Shown: positions 35,850 through 46,130, counted from the first letter of the stretch. The stretch: DNA of 55,349 bases from a virus (IMGVR_UViG_2124908035_000001:1-55349); one strand, 5' to 3'. The notes: generated by a model from the letters alone, not told the origin. Numbers and translations are program-made.

Positions 35850-36719
35850 ATGCCCATACAGGAAGCCGAATACCAAACGCCCAAGGGCTATTACGACCTG
35901 CCCTATATCCACGTCTACGACGGGGACGCACTGACCGATGGAGTGAGCTATTCCAGCATCAACGTCGGGATCGCCGACGACTTCGCTGGATTCGTCCTAC
36001 GCCAGATCATGGGAGCGGACAAGATCGCGGCGCGCGTGCAGTTCCGGGATTCTTTCGCGCCTCTGACCGGAGCTTCAAACGGCTTCGTCATGCCGCTGAC
36101 TTACCCGATCGCTCCCGAGCGGTACATCTTGCCGGCGGGTATGCTCAGTATGGATCTGTTCAACGTCCTGCGAGCGAATCGCGCCGCTGGGCAGGTCATC
36201 ATCTACTTCGCGCAAATCGCGTTTCAGGGTGTTCGACGCTACCAAGGTTCAGCCGAATATCCAGGCCCGAGCGAGTACAAGTACGTCGAACGGCCGTTCA
36301 CATACATTCAGCCGGTCCCAGTGACCTGGACCGGAGTGGACACCCAACCCCGGAAGTTCTCAATTCAGATCAGCGAAGGCTGCGACTTCGAATTGCAGAA
36401 AATCACGATTGTACGAACCCTGCAAGGAAACGGGCAAGGGGCTGGAGTGCCAACCAACGCAGTTCCAAATTGCGAGATCAAGCTCCAATTGTTCGAGCAG
36501 TTCGGAAAGCAGCTCTCGAACGCTCCAGTTTTGGACGTGTATCTGAACGACGCGGCAGACGGCACAGTCCACCTTTACAACCCGGTGTTTCCAGTTCCGG
36601 CCGTGCTCTACAAGCGGCAGAGCTACCTCCGGTTCGAGGTGACGAGCTTGCTCACTGCGGCGATGCTCCCATCCGCCTACGATATCTGCTTCCACGGCAT
36701 AAGGAGGTTCGAAGTATGA
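35850..36719 (+). CDS. Tandem two-domain beta-rich capsid-like protein
   Basis: Both halves resemble 35383 (PYIHVYD/PFTYI; FVLRQI/FELQKI; FQGVRRY/FHGIRRF). Confidence 0.6.
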   Translation: MPIQEAEYQTPKGYYDLPYIHVYDGDALTDGVSYSSINVGIADDFAGFVLRQIMGADKIAARVQFRDSFAPLTGASNGFVMPLTYPIAPERYILPAGMLSMDLFNVLRANRAAGQVIIYFAQIAFQGVRRYQGSAEYPGPSEYKYVERPFTYIQPVPVTWTGVDTQPRKFSIQISEGCDFELQKITIVRTLQGNGQGAGVPTNAVPNCEIKLQLFEQFGKQLSNAPVLDVYLNDAADGTVHLYNPVFPVPAVLYKRQSYLRFEVTSLLTAAMLPSAYDICFHGIRRFEV

Positions 36720-37255
36720 ACCCGCTACCTTCGATCATCGACGTTTTCACGTTGAACCCGGCGCTTCGTCCACGGCCCGGCTACTACATGACCTCCGCCG
36801 TGGCCAGCATGGACGTTCTGAGGCGCGCGAACACCTACCGCCCAAAGTGGTACATCGTGCCCGACGACGAGCATTCGACCATTCCGGCATACCAGACCCT
36901 GGAATATCAGTTGCGCGTGACTCCTCGGTCCTACGTCTGGGCCCTGATTCTAAATCAGTTCGCCCTGGCGGCGCCGTTCGCCCAAATGGCCGCCGACGAC
37001 GTATGGGTCCAAATCACCGACACCTGCAACGGTATCCCGTTCTTCTCGGACTTCGTCAGAGGGCGAGGCTTCCAGACGCTTCAGAATAACGCAACCGACC
37101 AGCGCAATCAGATGTATCCGCACCTGTTCACTCAGCCGAGGCTCATCCTCGAGCCGGGACTTCTCGCGGTCGAACTGGCGAACACGGCGGCCGTGGCGAT
37201 CCGCCCGCAGCTCATCATCTTCACGGCGGAACCTTGCGAGGTGTACAAACAATGA
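36716..37255 (+). CDS. Beta-rich capsid-like protein
   Basis: VQITD..PRLILEPG.L.VELAN...QL pattern similar to neighbours. Confidence 0.55.
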   Translation: MNPLPSIIDVFTLNPALRPRPGYYMTSAVASMDVLRRANTYRPKWYIVPDDEHSTIPAYQTLEYQLRVTPRSYVWALILNQFALAAPFAQMAADDVWVQITDTCNGIPFFSDFVRGRGFQTLQNNATDQRNQMYPHLFTQPRLILEPGLLAVELANTAAVAIRPQLIIFTAEPCEVYKQ

Positions 37256-37869
37256 GACGCCTTGCCCTACATCGTCCACCTGCGAGTGTTCCACCTGGCC
37301 ACGGATTCCCGATGTGCCACTGCAAGGAGCTCGCCCCCAACCACTTCGATGCCTGTCTTGAACAGGACACCGCGATCTGGTACACCATCGCGTGTCTGGG
37401 AGGCATCACCGGACTTTGCAAGAGTCCGAGCGCTCCCAAGTATCCCGATGAAGATCAGCCTTGGCTCACCATGCCGGCGCAAGGCAAGCGCTTCCAGGAG
37501 ATTGCAACCGTTCCCGTAGGCGCCTTCGTTCTCAACACCGACCTGGCTGTTGTCACGTTCCAAGTGCCGATCGGCTATGACGGCGTCATTAACGCCAACA
37601 CCAACCACTTTATAGGAAACGGTTTCGCGGAAGGAAGCGGCGACATCGAATGGAGGATTCAGCTTTCCAGGCGCTACGCTCCCGACTACGGGAACATTCT
37701 GACCAGCCTCGGAGACTTGGCCTCTCCCACAGGATTCTCTGGCGGAGGAATCCGGATCTACAGCCATCAGACCATCCGGTATTTGGCCAGGATCACAAAC
37801 TTTGCAACGCTTGACCCGAACGGTCGGGTACTCTGCGCTCTTACAGGCTGGTTTTATCCAAGGCCCTGA
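37252..37869 (+). CDS. Beta-sandwich vertex-like protein, paralog of the spike C-terminus
   Basis: FQVPIGYDGVI...GSGDIEWRI...GWFY. Confidence 0.65.
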   Translation: MRRLALHRPPASVPPGHGFPMCHCKELAPNHFDACLEQDTAIWYTIACLGGITGLCKSPSAPKYPDEDQPWLTMPAQGKRFQEIATVPVGAFVLNTDLAVVTFQVPIGYDGVINANTNHFIGNGFAEGSGDIEWRIQLSRRYAPDYGNILTSLGDLASPTGFSGGGIRIYSHQTIRYLARITNFATLDPNGRVLCALTGWFYPRP

Positions 37870-37875
37870 GAAACG

Positions 37876-40611
37876 ATGCCCTACGTACCACAAGGACCGT
37901 TCCAGATTCAAAGCCCCACCGGAGCATGGATGCACCTTATGGGGGCGTCCTGCAATTATCCCGGTCCTCACCAGAGGGGCACGGATCGTTATGCCGCCTG
38001 GTCCGATGCAGACAGCGAAGCTACGGGTAGAATGCACGTGTGGCGCAGTGCGGATGCTGGGGTAACTTGGGCTGGGCAGGATGTGGCAGCGATGCCACAA
38101 ACAGGGAATCCCTCCGGCGAGGGAGGGGCTGTCTGCACTGAGCGCCTGAACGCGGACACCATCCGTATTGCCTACACCGCAGCCGCAACAGGTGCTCCCG
38201 CCGTGCGGGACTTTGATATGGCGTCCAACGCACTTGGACCGATTCTCTACAGCGGGATCGCAGGTACCAGAGTGCAGGGCTACCATCGCAGCACCGTAGC
38301 CGCCGAAGATAGACTGTTTGTGGACACGCCAGCCGGTTTCGGGCTGGGCAGCGGCATCTCACTGTACCGCCATGACGGATCTGGCTTCTTGCCGGAAATT
38401 GTTATATCGGACAATGTTTCTCCGCTGAACACCTTCGGCATGGTAGAAGCGCTCTTCATGGACCCGGCGGGTACAAGCCACGTTTTCTACAGCGTATTGC
38501 CACGGCTGACCCCCTTTACGCCAAGAACCGTTTACTATCGACAGGTGGGCGCTTTAGGTGCGATGACCGCTCCGGTGGTGGTCTACACCTACAATGTGAG
38601 CATCACGGTATCCAAACCCACGTTTGGGTTCCCCGCCCTGCTCGGGACCATGCTTGTAGTTCCGTTCCCGAAAGAAAACGGTGGCGACTACACCGGCTCC
38701 ATGCTGGTGCTAGACCCGTACACTTCACCGGCTCCAATTATCAGCCAGGTTGACCTGCCAACACAGTATTTGGGCCAATTCGGGACAATTCAAGCTTCGC
38801 CTCTCGGTTCTCAGATGTACCTCTGGTGGCTGGAAAACCTGGACCTGGACGGAGTGACCCCGCTCTCCCGGATCATGTACACGACGTACAACGGCGGCGC
38901 GATCCCGGCCCCTACGATCTTTCACGATGAACTGGCAAACCCATCCTTCACCCCCATAATGGTCCCGGACACCAGTTTGGACGGGGCTTACAGTGTTGCC
39001 GTCTCTGGGAACCTCGCCTACGTGGCGGCCTACGACGGGAACGCCCTCACAATAGTCGATGTGACGAACCCAGCCGTCCCGATAATCGTGGGGACGGTCA
39101 CAGATGTGGCCTTGACTGGAGCTACCGGAGTCGCCGTGGTGGGGAACTTCGCCTACGTGACGGCCGGAGGGTCGAATGCCCTCACTGTGGTAGACGTGAC
39201 CAACCCGGCGGCTCCCGTGGTAGTTGGGACAGTCACGGATGCAAGTTTAGCGGGGCCTAACGGAGTCGCCGTATCGGGGAACTTAGCCTACGTGGCGGCG
39301 GGCGGAGCAAATGCCCTCACCGTAGTTGACGTGACAAACCCAGCCGCCCCGGTGGTAGCTGGAACGGTCACGGATGCGAGTTTGAATGGTGCTCAAAATG
39401 TCGCCGTCTTTGGGACTTTTGCTTATGTGACAGCAGCTACCGCCAACGCCCTCACAGTGGTTGACGTGACAAACCCGGCCGCCCCAGTGGTCGCGGGGAC
39501 AGTCACCGATGCCTCTTTGACATGGTCCATTGGAGTCGCCGTCGCGGGGAGCTTCGTCTATGTGGCATCTTACGGAGCCAACGCCCTGACCGTAGTCGAT
39601 GTGACTAATCCAGCCGCTCCGGTGGTTACAGGATCGGTCGCAGACGGGAACTTGGATGGCGCTAGCAGCGTTGCTCTTGCGGGGAACTTAGCCTACGTCG
39701 CGGCCCAAAATGTAGGGTACTTGGCCGTGGTCGATGTGACCAACCCGGCAGCTCCGGTGGTACTAGGAACGGTTCCATGCGACTCTGCCGGTGTCGCCGT
39801 TCTGGGCAATCATGCCTATGTGGCTACGGGAGTGAATCTCGCCGTGGTCGATGTGACCAACCCGGCAGTTCCGCTGGTGGTTGGCGCAGTCGTTATTGCA
39901 ACCCATCCGGTAGCCGTTCCAGGCGCGGCGATGAGCTACCTGTCCCCGCCGTTCATGGACGTTGTCGATCCGATGCTCTTGGTCAGTATGCTTGGAGGAA
40001 CAGGCTCCTATTACTGGTTTTCCATTGCAGGCCCGCCACCTCCGCCAGGAACACCCTTCCAGCCGCTCACGCAAGGTTCGAGGCGGATGCACGTCCTGGT
40101 ACCGAACCGCTTTGATGGGTGTCTCGCGGCGGATGTTCTCAAACAGCAGAATGCGAAACCGCTCATCGGATGTTGCCGGCCGGAAATTGTCCAGAACATC
40201 GGATGGGTGAAAGCCTCTGGAAACTCCGTACCCTTCCGTAAGGTGGCGGCGATCCCGACTCCCTTAGCAGCCTCGGGAGATGTGCAAGTACTGGAGTTCC
40301 AGGTTCCCACGGGCTACGACGGCCTGATCTCAGGGCTCTTCCACCTCTACACCGGCCCGGGGTTCATGACAGGCTCCGGGGACATCGAATGGCGGATAAA
40401 GGTCAACAAGACCTACGCGGTCCACCTCGGTCAAATTCTGGTAACGCTTGGAAGTCAGCGCGGGGCCTATTCAATCGATGGAGGCATCCCGGTTCAAAGT
40501 GGGCAACGAATTCAGTACATTGTGAACGCACCGAATCTGAGCGGCGGTCTCCTGCCCCTAAACTCTCAGATTGTGTGCGGATTGGAGGGACTCTTCTATG
40601 CGCGTCAATAA
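37876..40611 (+). CDS. Putative spike/receptor-binding protein with LVIVD propeller and C-terminal capsid-anchoring domain
   Basis: Seven ~45-aa AYVA...LTVVDVTNPAAP repeats; C-terminal FQVPTGYDGLI..GSGDIEWRI. Confidence 0.8.
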   Translation: MPYVPQGPFQIQSPTGAWMHLMGASCNYPGPHQRGTDRYAAWSDADSEATGRMHVWRSADAGVTWAGQDVAAMPQTGNPSGEGGAVCTERLNADTIRIAYTAAATGAPAVRDFDMASNALGPILYSGIAGTRVQGYHRSTVAAEDRLFVDTPAGFGLGSGISLYRHDGSGFLPEIVISDNVSPLNTFGMVEALFMDPAGTSHVFYSVLPRLTPFTPRTVYYRQVGALGAMTAPVVVYTYNVSITVSKPTFGFPALLGTMLVVPFPKENGGDYTGSMLVLDPYTSPAPIISQVDLPTQYLGQFGTIQASPLGSQMYLWWLENLDLDGVTPLSRIMYTTYNGGAIPAPTIFHDELANPSFTPIMVPDTSLDGAYSVAVSGNLAYVAAYDGNALTIVDVTNPAVPIIVGTVTDVALTGATGVAVVGNFAYVTAGGSNALTVVDVTNPAAPVVVGTVTDASLAGPNGVAVSGNLAYVAAGGANALTVVDVTNPAAPVVAGTVTDASLNGAQNVAVFGTFAYVTAATANALTVVDVTNPAAPVVAGTVTDASLTWSIGVAVAGSFVYVASYGANALTVVDVTNPAAPVVTGSVADGNLDGASSVALAGNLAYVAAQNVGYLAVVDVTNPAAPVVLGTVPCDSAGVAVLGNHAYVATGVNLAVVDVTNPAVPLVVGAVVIATHPVAVPGAAMSYLSPPFMDVVDPMLLVSMLGGTGSYYWFSIAGPPPPPGTPFQPLTQGSRRMHVLVPNRFDGCLAADVLKQQNAKPLIGCCRPEIVQNIGWVKASGNSVPFRKVAAIPTPLAASGDVQVLEFQVPTGYDGLISGLFHLYTGPGFMTGSGDIEWRIKVNKTYAVHLGQILVTLGSQRGAYSIDGGIPVQSGQRIQYIVNAPNLSGGLLPLNSQIVCGLEGLFYARQ
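38974..39893 (+). repeat. Coding tandem repeat, about 135 bp x 7 (LVIVD)
   Basis: Repeated gtcgatgtgaccaacccggc-like units. Confidence 0.9.
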
Positions 40612-41518
40612 CTTGAGCTTCGTTTTGGGCATCCTGTTGCTCTTCGGGTTTTTCGGCTCGAAACTTCAGGGCCAGCCCCTAACCACTGCGGTTCAGGTCA
40701 CCCCGGACTGCCTGCTGTACTTCGACTTCACCGACAACGGAAGTTCGCCGGCCTTCGACAACCGCTTCATCGGCTGCAAGACCTGGTACGTGGCGTACAC
40801 AAACACCGGGTTTCCTGCCCTGACATTAACATTTGAAGACGCCCCCGACAATGGCGGCGTAGCAGGGGCCTGGGTGGCCTTCGCCGGGACTGTGGTGGAG
40901 GGGGTCAATCCCAACGTGGCTCTCACCCAGGGGTCCACCATCATGTACGGTTACTACCCGTGGCAGAGGATCACCTTGACGGGGGCGGTGGCGGGCGCAG
41001 GGAGGAGGATAAGGGGGACCCTCTACGGGTACCGCCAGACACCTGTGGCGACGTTGATTGTGGGGCCGGCGGCCACGGTCACGGCTAACCAGGGCACCCC
41101 AGCCGTGCAGGCCAATAGGTGGCCGGTGCAACTAAGTGACGGGGTCAACCCGCAAGGGACCTTTACCAACCCCCTCTACACGACCCCCTCAACGGCCTGT
41201 ACCTTGTCGGCGGCCATTGAGCTGGCGCCGGCGGCGGTGGGGAGCAATCAGATTGTGGCCCTTACGGCCCTGAAGTCCATTCGGGTGTGCAGCATCAGTT
41301 TTGCCAACTCCGCGGCAGCGGATATTAAGCTGGTACAGGGGACTGGAGCCAACTGTGTGACTGGGCCAGCCAACATGACCGGGACCTACAGGAATGTGCT
41401 GTCGGCGGCCATAGGGACGCAACTAGACCCGTTGACTACGGGGGTGGCCCAGGCGCTGTGTCTGAATAGTTCGGCCGGGGTGAACATTGGGGGAGTTGTA
41501 CTCTATGAAAAATACTAA
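40598..41518 (+). CDS. Signal-peptide-bearing beta-rich protein
   Basis: MRVNNLSFVLGILLLFGFFGSKLQG-Q leader. Confidence 0.7.
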   Translation: MRVNNLSFVLGILLLFGFFGSKLQGQPLTTAVQVTPDCLLYFDFTDNGSSPAFDNRFIGCKTWYVAYTNTGFPALTLTFEDAPDNGGVAGAWVAFAGTVVEGVNPNVALTQGSTIMYGYYPWQRITLTGAVAGAGRRIRGTLYGYRQTPVATLIVGPAATVTANQGTPAVQANRWPVQLSDGVNPQGTFTNPLYTTPSTACTLSAAIELAPAAVGSNQIVALTALKSIRVCSISFANSAAADIKLVQGTGANCVTGPANMTGTYRNVLSAAIGTQLDPLTTGVAQALCLNSSAGVNIGGVVLYEKY

Positions 41519-42812
41519 CCGATTTTTCCATCTAGCGTCCTTGTATCTGGCGTTGGTGGCCGTCTGCTTTGGGCAGGGGTTCATCCAGACCCCTCCGCCA
41601 TACTGGTACGTGGTTGCACCGCCTGGCGCCCTGGCGACCAGACCCCTCACCTGTACCGCCAACTTTCACGCCTTCGTTTGCAACGGGGCCGGATGCGGGA
41701 CGAACGGGGAGTACCACTACTGCACAGCCACAGACACCTGGACCGTCGGCGCATCAGGCGCGGCGGCCGGCTGGACCTACAACAGCGGCACCAACACGAT
41801 TACGGCGGTTGCGGGGGCCACGGTAAAGATCGGGACTACGGTATTTGGGACTGCGGGCGCAGCAAGCCCCATAGTGGGGATCGGCACAAGCCGTTTCATC
41901 CACAATTACGCCGACCCGACTGCCACTGGGGACAATACGTTTCTCGGAGTGAGCGCCGGAAATTTCACAATGAGTCCAGCGGGAGGCGCGGCGGGGCTGG
42001 CGTCTTTTAATACAGGGATCGGGGCTAACGCGCTTATCGCAAACACGACCGGCGCTGGACACACTGCGGTCGGGCACAACGCTCTCCGGTCAAATACGAT
42101 TGGGCAGGCTAACACCGGACTGGGGCAGCAAGTGCTTTACTCCAACACCATCGGGTCGAATAATACCGGAGTTGGGCTTGAGGCTTTGTACTCAAACGTG
42201 GATGGAGTCGGGAATGCAGCATTTGGCGAATCAGCGATGTATGCCAACTTGTCTGGCAGTTCCAACACGGCAGTTGGAATGTTTGCTGGGCACACCGAAA
42301 CTCCGGCAAACGCAAACACTACCGGAAGCAACAACACATGGGTTGGGAGCGAGTCGGGGCCAGGAGCCGTAACGCAATTCAACAACACCATCGGTATCGG
42401 GTATAGAAGCCACCCCACAGCCAGCAACCAAGCCGTATTTGGCAACTCCAGCATCACCAGTACCGTGCTCTACGGTAGCGCCGATCTGTATGGCACCGGA
42501 CCGATGTACGTTACCCACCCCGCCGCCGACACTGGCCAACTCAACGGCTATAAAATGACAGATGCTCTAGCTAATGAGGTTGCCCAGGTCACGACCAATA
42601 GCAACACGGGAGAAGTCAAGATCGGCGGCGTCAATGCTTCCTACTTCGTGAACATTTACAGCGGCAATGCCCTCGCTATAGGTATAACTACGGCTGGGGT
42701 AGTCAGTATCAGGCTGGGAGGGTCATCCAACACGGTCATGTGCTGGAAGGCGGATGGCATCACCCCCGGCTATGCCACGGTCGCAGAGATCACATCGGGG
42801 ACGTGTCACTGA
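41505..42812 (+). CDS. Signal-peptide-bearing fibre/adhesin with NT.VG..AL..N..G repeats
   Basis: Sec-like leader; 14-aa beta-roll type repeats. Confidence 0.75.
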   Translation: MKNTNRFFHLASLYLALVAVCFGQGFIQTPPPYWYVVAPPGALATRPLTCTANFHAFVCNGAGCGTNGEYHYCTATDTWTVGASGAAAGWTYNSGTNTITAVAGATVKIGTTVFGTAGAASPIVGIGTSRFIHNYADPTATGDNTFLGVSAGNFTMSPAGGAAGLASFNTGIGANALIANTTGAGHTAVGHNALRSNTIGQANTGLGQQVLYSNTIGSNNTGVGLEALYSNVDGVGNAAFGESAMYANLSGSSNTAVGMFAGHTETPANANTTGSNNTWVGSESGPGAVTQFNNTIGIGYRSHPTASNQAVFGNSSITSTVLYGSADLYGTGPMYVTHPAADTGQLNGYKMTDALANEVAQVTTNSNTGEVKIGGVNASYFVNIYSGNALAIGITTAGVVSIRLGGSSNTVMCWKADGITPGYATVAEITSGTCH

Positions 42813-42813
42813 C

Positions 42814-43089
42814 ATGCGAACCGCGCTTATCGTTCTCTTTTTGGCTCTGGCGGCAGGCGGGCAGGACAAGCCTGCCGGGCCGAAGATCACCTCCGAACTC
42901 CGGGAGGTCTACCAGCAGGCAAGGGCTGATCTTTCCGAGGCGCAACTGGCAGTAGTGCAGGCGCAGGCGCGGCTCAAGGCAGCGGTGGATGCGATGCAGG
43001 CGGTGTGCCCCTTGGCTCTCGACGCACAACAGCGGCCCGTGTGCGCGCCGCAAACGAAGGCCGAGGAACCGAAGCCGCAGGCACACTAA
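42814..43089 (+). CDS. Secreted coiled-coil protein
   Basis: MRTALIVLFLALAAGG-Q leader; heptad pattern. Confidence 0.6.
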   Translation: MRTALIVLFLALAAGGQDKPAGPKITSELREVYQQARADLSEAQLAVVQAQARLKAAVDAMQAVCPLALDAQQRPVCAPQTKAEEPKPQAH

Positions 43090-43153
43090 ATTTTGCAAAG
43101 TGTCCCTAAAAATGAAAGAGCGAATCCAACCCGAACCCGCCCTCAAGCGACCC

Positions 43154-44032
43154 TCAAACGAACGAGGGGCAGCAGCGGTGGTAGTCGGCTTTGATGTTCC
43201 GGCTGGACGGGTGCAGGTAGTAGTCCATCGTGGTCGAGATGAACGTATGGCCGAGAAGGGCTTGAATCGAGTAGATGTTCGCGCCGCGGTCCAGCATGGC
43301 CGTGGCGAGGCTGTGGCGGAACAGATGAGGCCAGATGCGTCCCTTGATGCCCGCCCGCGTGGCGGCCACCCGGAGGGTCTTCCGCACGTCCTGGGTTTGC
43401 ATCTGGTTGCCGTTGCGCCGCGTCACGAACAGGAAGTCATCCGACTGGCCCTTCCGCTCATGGAGGTAGTCCGTCAGAATTTCGATGCACTCGCCAGCCA
43501 GGGGCACGATGCGCCCGTGCTCACACTTGCCCTCCTGAATGGTCAGGTTGGCCTGGCCGAGCGCAACGTCACAGACCTTCAGATTGACGAACTCATTGTT
43601 ACGGATTCCAGTGTACGCGAACAGCATGAGCATGGCGCGCTCCCTCATGTCTCGCGCTCCGGCAATTATCAGGGCAATCTTGCCCTCGGAGAGGATCTTG
43701 ATTTCGGCGGAGATCGGCCGTCGTGGGCGCTGGAAGCGAATGGGCTTCCCCTGGAAGTCCATGAACTGCTCCATGCTTCGCAGGCAGTTCACGAGATGGG
43801 CGTAGGAGCATTTCTTTCGGCGCATGTCCGCGATGAAGCGGTCGGTTTCATCGGACGAGGGGTCCGCTCCGATCTGGGCAATCATCCGGCGGGTGTAGCC
43901 GAGTACAAGCTCGATGCTGCTGGCGGCCATGCCACGGCGGGCAAAGAGCCAATTTGCAAAGCGGTCAAGAAGTTCTTTGGTTTCGTCAGAAACTGGGGTA
44001 ATCTGAATGGTAGCCATGCTTGCGCCCTCCAC
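43154..44032 (-). CDS. Tyrosine recombinase (XerC/D-like integrase)
   Basis: TGIRNNE, EGK, HLFRHSLAT, LLGH, TTMDY: R-K-H-R-H-Y set intact. Confidence 0.93.
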   Translation of the reverse strand: MEGASMATIQITPVSDETKELLDRFANWLFARRGMAASSIELVLGYTRRMIAQIGADPSSDETDRFIADMRRKKCSYAHLVNCLRSMEQFMDFQGKPIRFQRPRRPISAEIKILSEGKIALIIAGARDMRERAMLMLFAYTGIRNNEFVNLKVCDVALGQANLTIQEGKCEHGRIVPLAGECIEILTDYLHERKGQSDDFLFVTRRNGNQMQTQDVRKTLRVAATRAGIKGRIWPHLFRHSLATAMLDRGANIYSIQALLGHTFISTTMDYYLHPSSRNIKADYHRCCPSFV

Positions 44033-44162
44033 GGCGCGACTTGGTCAGGGCTGGGAGTGGCGCATCGAACGCCCTTCCAGCCTGTTTCTATTGTACCCCA
44101 AAAACCAGAATTCAGGTACTTATAAGATTGCTCAGCATGCCCGGAACAATGAAGAGAAAACA

Positions 44163-44441
44163 ATGAAGATCAACCTGGCAATCCTCGGAACGCTCCTCGC
44201 CATCGGCGGTCTCGTCTGGCAGGGATCGGCCAAGCTCACCAGGATGGAGTTGGCGCTCGAAGGTGTCCCGGATTTGAAAGCCCAGGTTCAAAAACTCCGT
44301 GAGACGGTGATTGTGCTCGTAGCCCACGACCGGGAGAGCACAATCGTACAACGGTCCCACGTGCAGAGTTGGTTGGACGAAACCGTTGCGGTGGACAAAA
44401 GCCGCCGCCTGAGTGGGATAGTTCTCACAGAGAAAAAATGA
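44163..44441 (+). CDS. N-terminal TM coiled-coil protein
   Basis: Hydrophobic N-terminus followed by heptads. Confidence 0.55.
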   Translation: MKINLAILGTLLAIGGLVWQGSAKLTRMELALEGVPDLKAQVQKLRETVIVLVAHDRESTIVQRSHVQSWLDETVAVDKSRRLSGIVLTEKK

Positions 44442-44836
44442 GCTACGATAGACCCATGCGAACACTTTACAAAGGTATCCTGCTGATCCTTCTGGGGTGT
44501 GCCTTGTTTGCCGCCGATCCGCCCGTGCCAACAAATCCGCCGCTTGTCAACACCACCGGCTTCTCGGCCCTGGTCTCTCGGGACAAGCTCCAAATACGGG
44601 ACATCCAGTTGGCTATAGCCCAGGCTCACATCACTCGGCTTCAGGCTGAGGCTCAGATAAAGTCTTTGGAATCCCAGTTGAATCAGACCATTGAAGACCT
44701 GAAGGTGCAGTACTCCTGCCAGACATGCACCCTGAACGCCGACTTTACGTGGACGAAGCCGGAGCCTCTCAAGGCCCCGGAGTCCGCAGCAGCACCCGCT
44801 CCCCAGAAGGACGGGCCAAATCCAACCAAGGAGTAG
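44438..44836 (+). CDS. Secreted coiled-coil protein
   Basis: ILLILLGCALFA leader; layout resembles 42814. Confidence 0.6.
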   Translation: MSYDRPMRTLYKGILLILLGCALFAADPPVPTNPPLVNTTGFSALVSRDKLQIRDIQLAIAQAHITRLQAEAQIKSLESQLNQTIEDLKVQYSCQTCTLNADFTWTKPEPLKAPESAAAPAPQKDGPNPTKE

Positions 44837-44840
44837 CACC

Positions 44841-46130
44841 ATGAAACGAGCAGTCTCAATTGCAATCTTGTTGGCCCTTTTGACGGTCGTAGTGCCAGTG
44901 GCCGGATGGGGGCAACAGGTTCAAGCCAACCAGTACATCATCACAGCACCCCCGGTAAGCCCGCTTGCCGGCGTCTCAGGACGCGCAACCGGCACGCTCG
45001 GAGGCACTACCCTCTACTATTGGGTGGTTGCACGCTACCCGGCGGGAGTCTCCATTCAGACAGGACCGGCAGTGGTCAGGCAGACGCAAGGAATCGCCGG
45101 CTTGGGAGCAAATCCCGTCATTCTCAACTGGACGGCGGCCGCCGGCGCGACCGGCTACGACGTGATTCGGTTGACCACGGCCCAATGGCCGCCTACCAGT
45201 ACATGTGCCAATTGCGTGGTGAGCAGCAATCAGGCGGGCATCACGTTCACGGACAACACAGGAGCAAGCGTTGTCACCTGGCCCACGGCCGGAACGGTAT
45301 TCTCCAGCCCAGCCATTCTGCGGGCGGTCGTCAACAACCGGGATGACAACTACCCCTACATTATGTGGAACGGAGAGTACCACATCGTTCCAGTTCGCAG
45401 CACCAACGCCTACGCCTATTTGTACGGAATTGGCGGTCTAATGACCGGAGGCGCGGCCCAGAAGACCTACGCTTTGGGAATCACCGTAACCCGGCCCGAC
45501 ACAGCCATAGCGACGGGCGACTCGAACGATGCCCTCATCAAGGGGGCCTATTCCAACTACGCCAAAAACGACGCTAGCTTCATCATTCGCGGCATAAACA
45601 CGGTGGTGACAAACCGCTCCCCCGGCACGCTGGGGATGCTCGATAACCTCATCAGTGTTGCCAATCGATCCGGAGCCACCAGCCCCATTGTGAACGGCCT
45701 CACGGTGAACGCGGAGAATTACGGCGTGAACGCCACCCAGCACTCGGGTGTTGACGTTGGTTTGAAGAACGAAGCGGCCAAAGCCACTTTGGAGTTCGGA
45801 TACCGTGTCCGAAACCTGAACAATTCGATCGCCGGCCCGTCCGACGCCGCCTTCCTCGTGGGAGAACCTTCTCTCGCAAACACCGGCTGGAACTTCATCT
45901 TGGACGCCAACGGGGTTAAGAGTCCGACGCACGCCTTTGCCCGGCTCCAGAATGGCGCGGTGGTCTACTACGGAACCCAGGTCACTCGTGACACCGTGAG
46001 AAGCGAAGTGGGCACGGCCGGTACCATCGGATCGCTGTACTCATCCTCGGGCGGCAAGTTGTATCTGAAAGTGGCCAATGCCAACGGCACGACCGATTGG
46101 CAACTGGTCACGGCCACGGCGGCAGACTAG
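44841..46130 (+). CDS. Signal-peptide-bearing fibre-like protein
   Basis: AAGGAG RBS; Sec leader; LNWTAAAGATGYDV FN3-like segment; GSLYS...LYLK C-terminus. Confidence 0.7.
   Translation: MKRAVSIAILLALLTVVVPVAGWGQQVQANQYIITAPPVSPLAGVSGRATGTLGGTTLYYWVVARYPAGVSIQTGPAVVRQTQGIAGLGANPVILNWTAAAGATGYDVIRLTTAQWPPTSTCANCVVSSNQAGITFTDNTGASVVTWPTAGTVFSSPAILRAVVNNRDDNYPYIMWNGEYHIVPVRSTNAYAYLYGIGGLMTGGAAQKTYALGITVTRPDTAIATGDSNDALIKGAYSNYAKNDASFIIRGINTVVTNRSPGTLGMLDNLISVANRSGATSPIVNGLTVNAENYGVNATQHSGVDVGLKNEAAKATLEFGYRVRNLNNSIAGPSDAAFLVGEPSLANTGWNFILDANGVKSPTHAFARLQNGAVVYYGTQVTRDTVRSEVGTAGTIGSLYSSSGGKLYLKVANANGTTDWQLVTATAAD

Noticed and set aside
38974-39893. TNPA repeats as part of the NP processing system, or as a DGR-like repeat
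   Set aside because: NP is intrinsic to the LVIVD repeat consensus. There is no reverse transcriptase and no adenine-specific variation.
42989-44125. 378-aa plus-strand ORF
   Set aside because: Antisense shadow of the tyrosine recombinase, with no motifs of its own.
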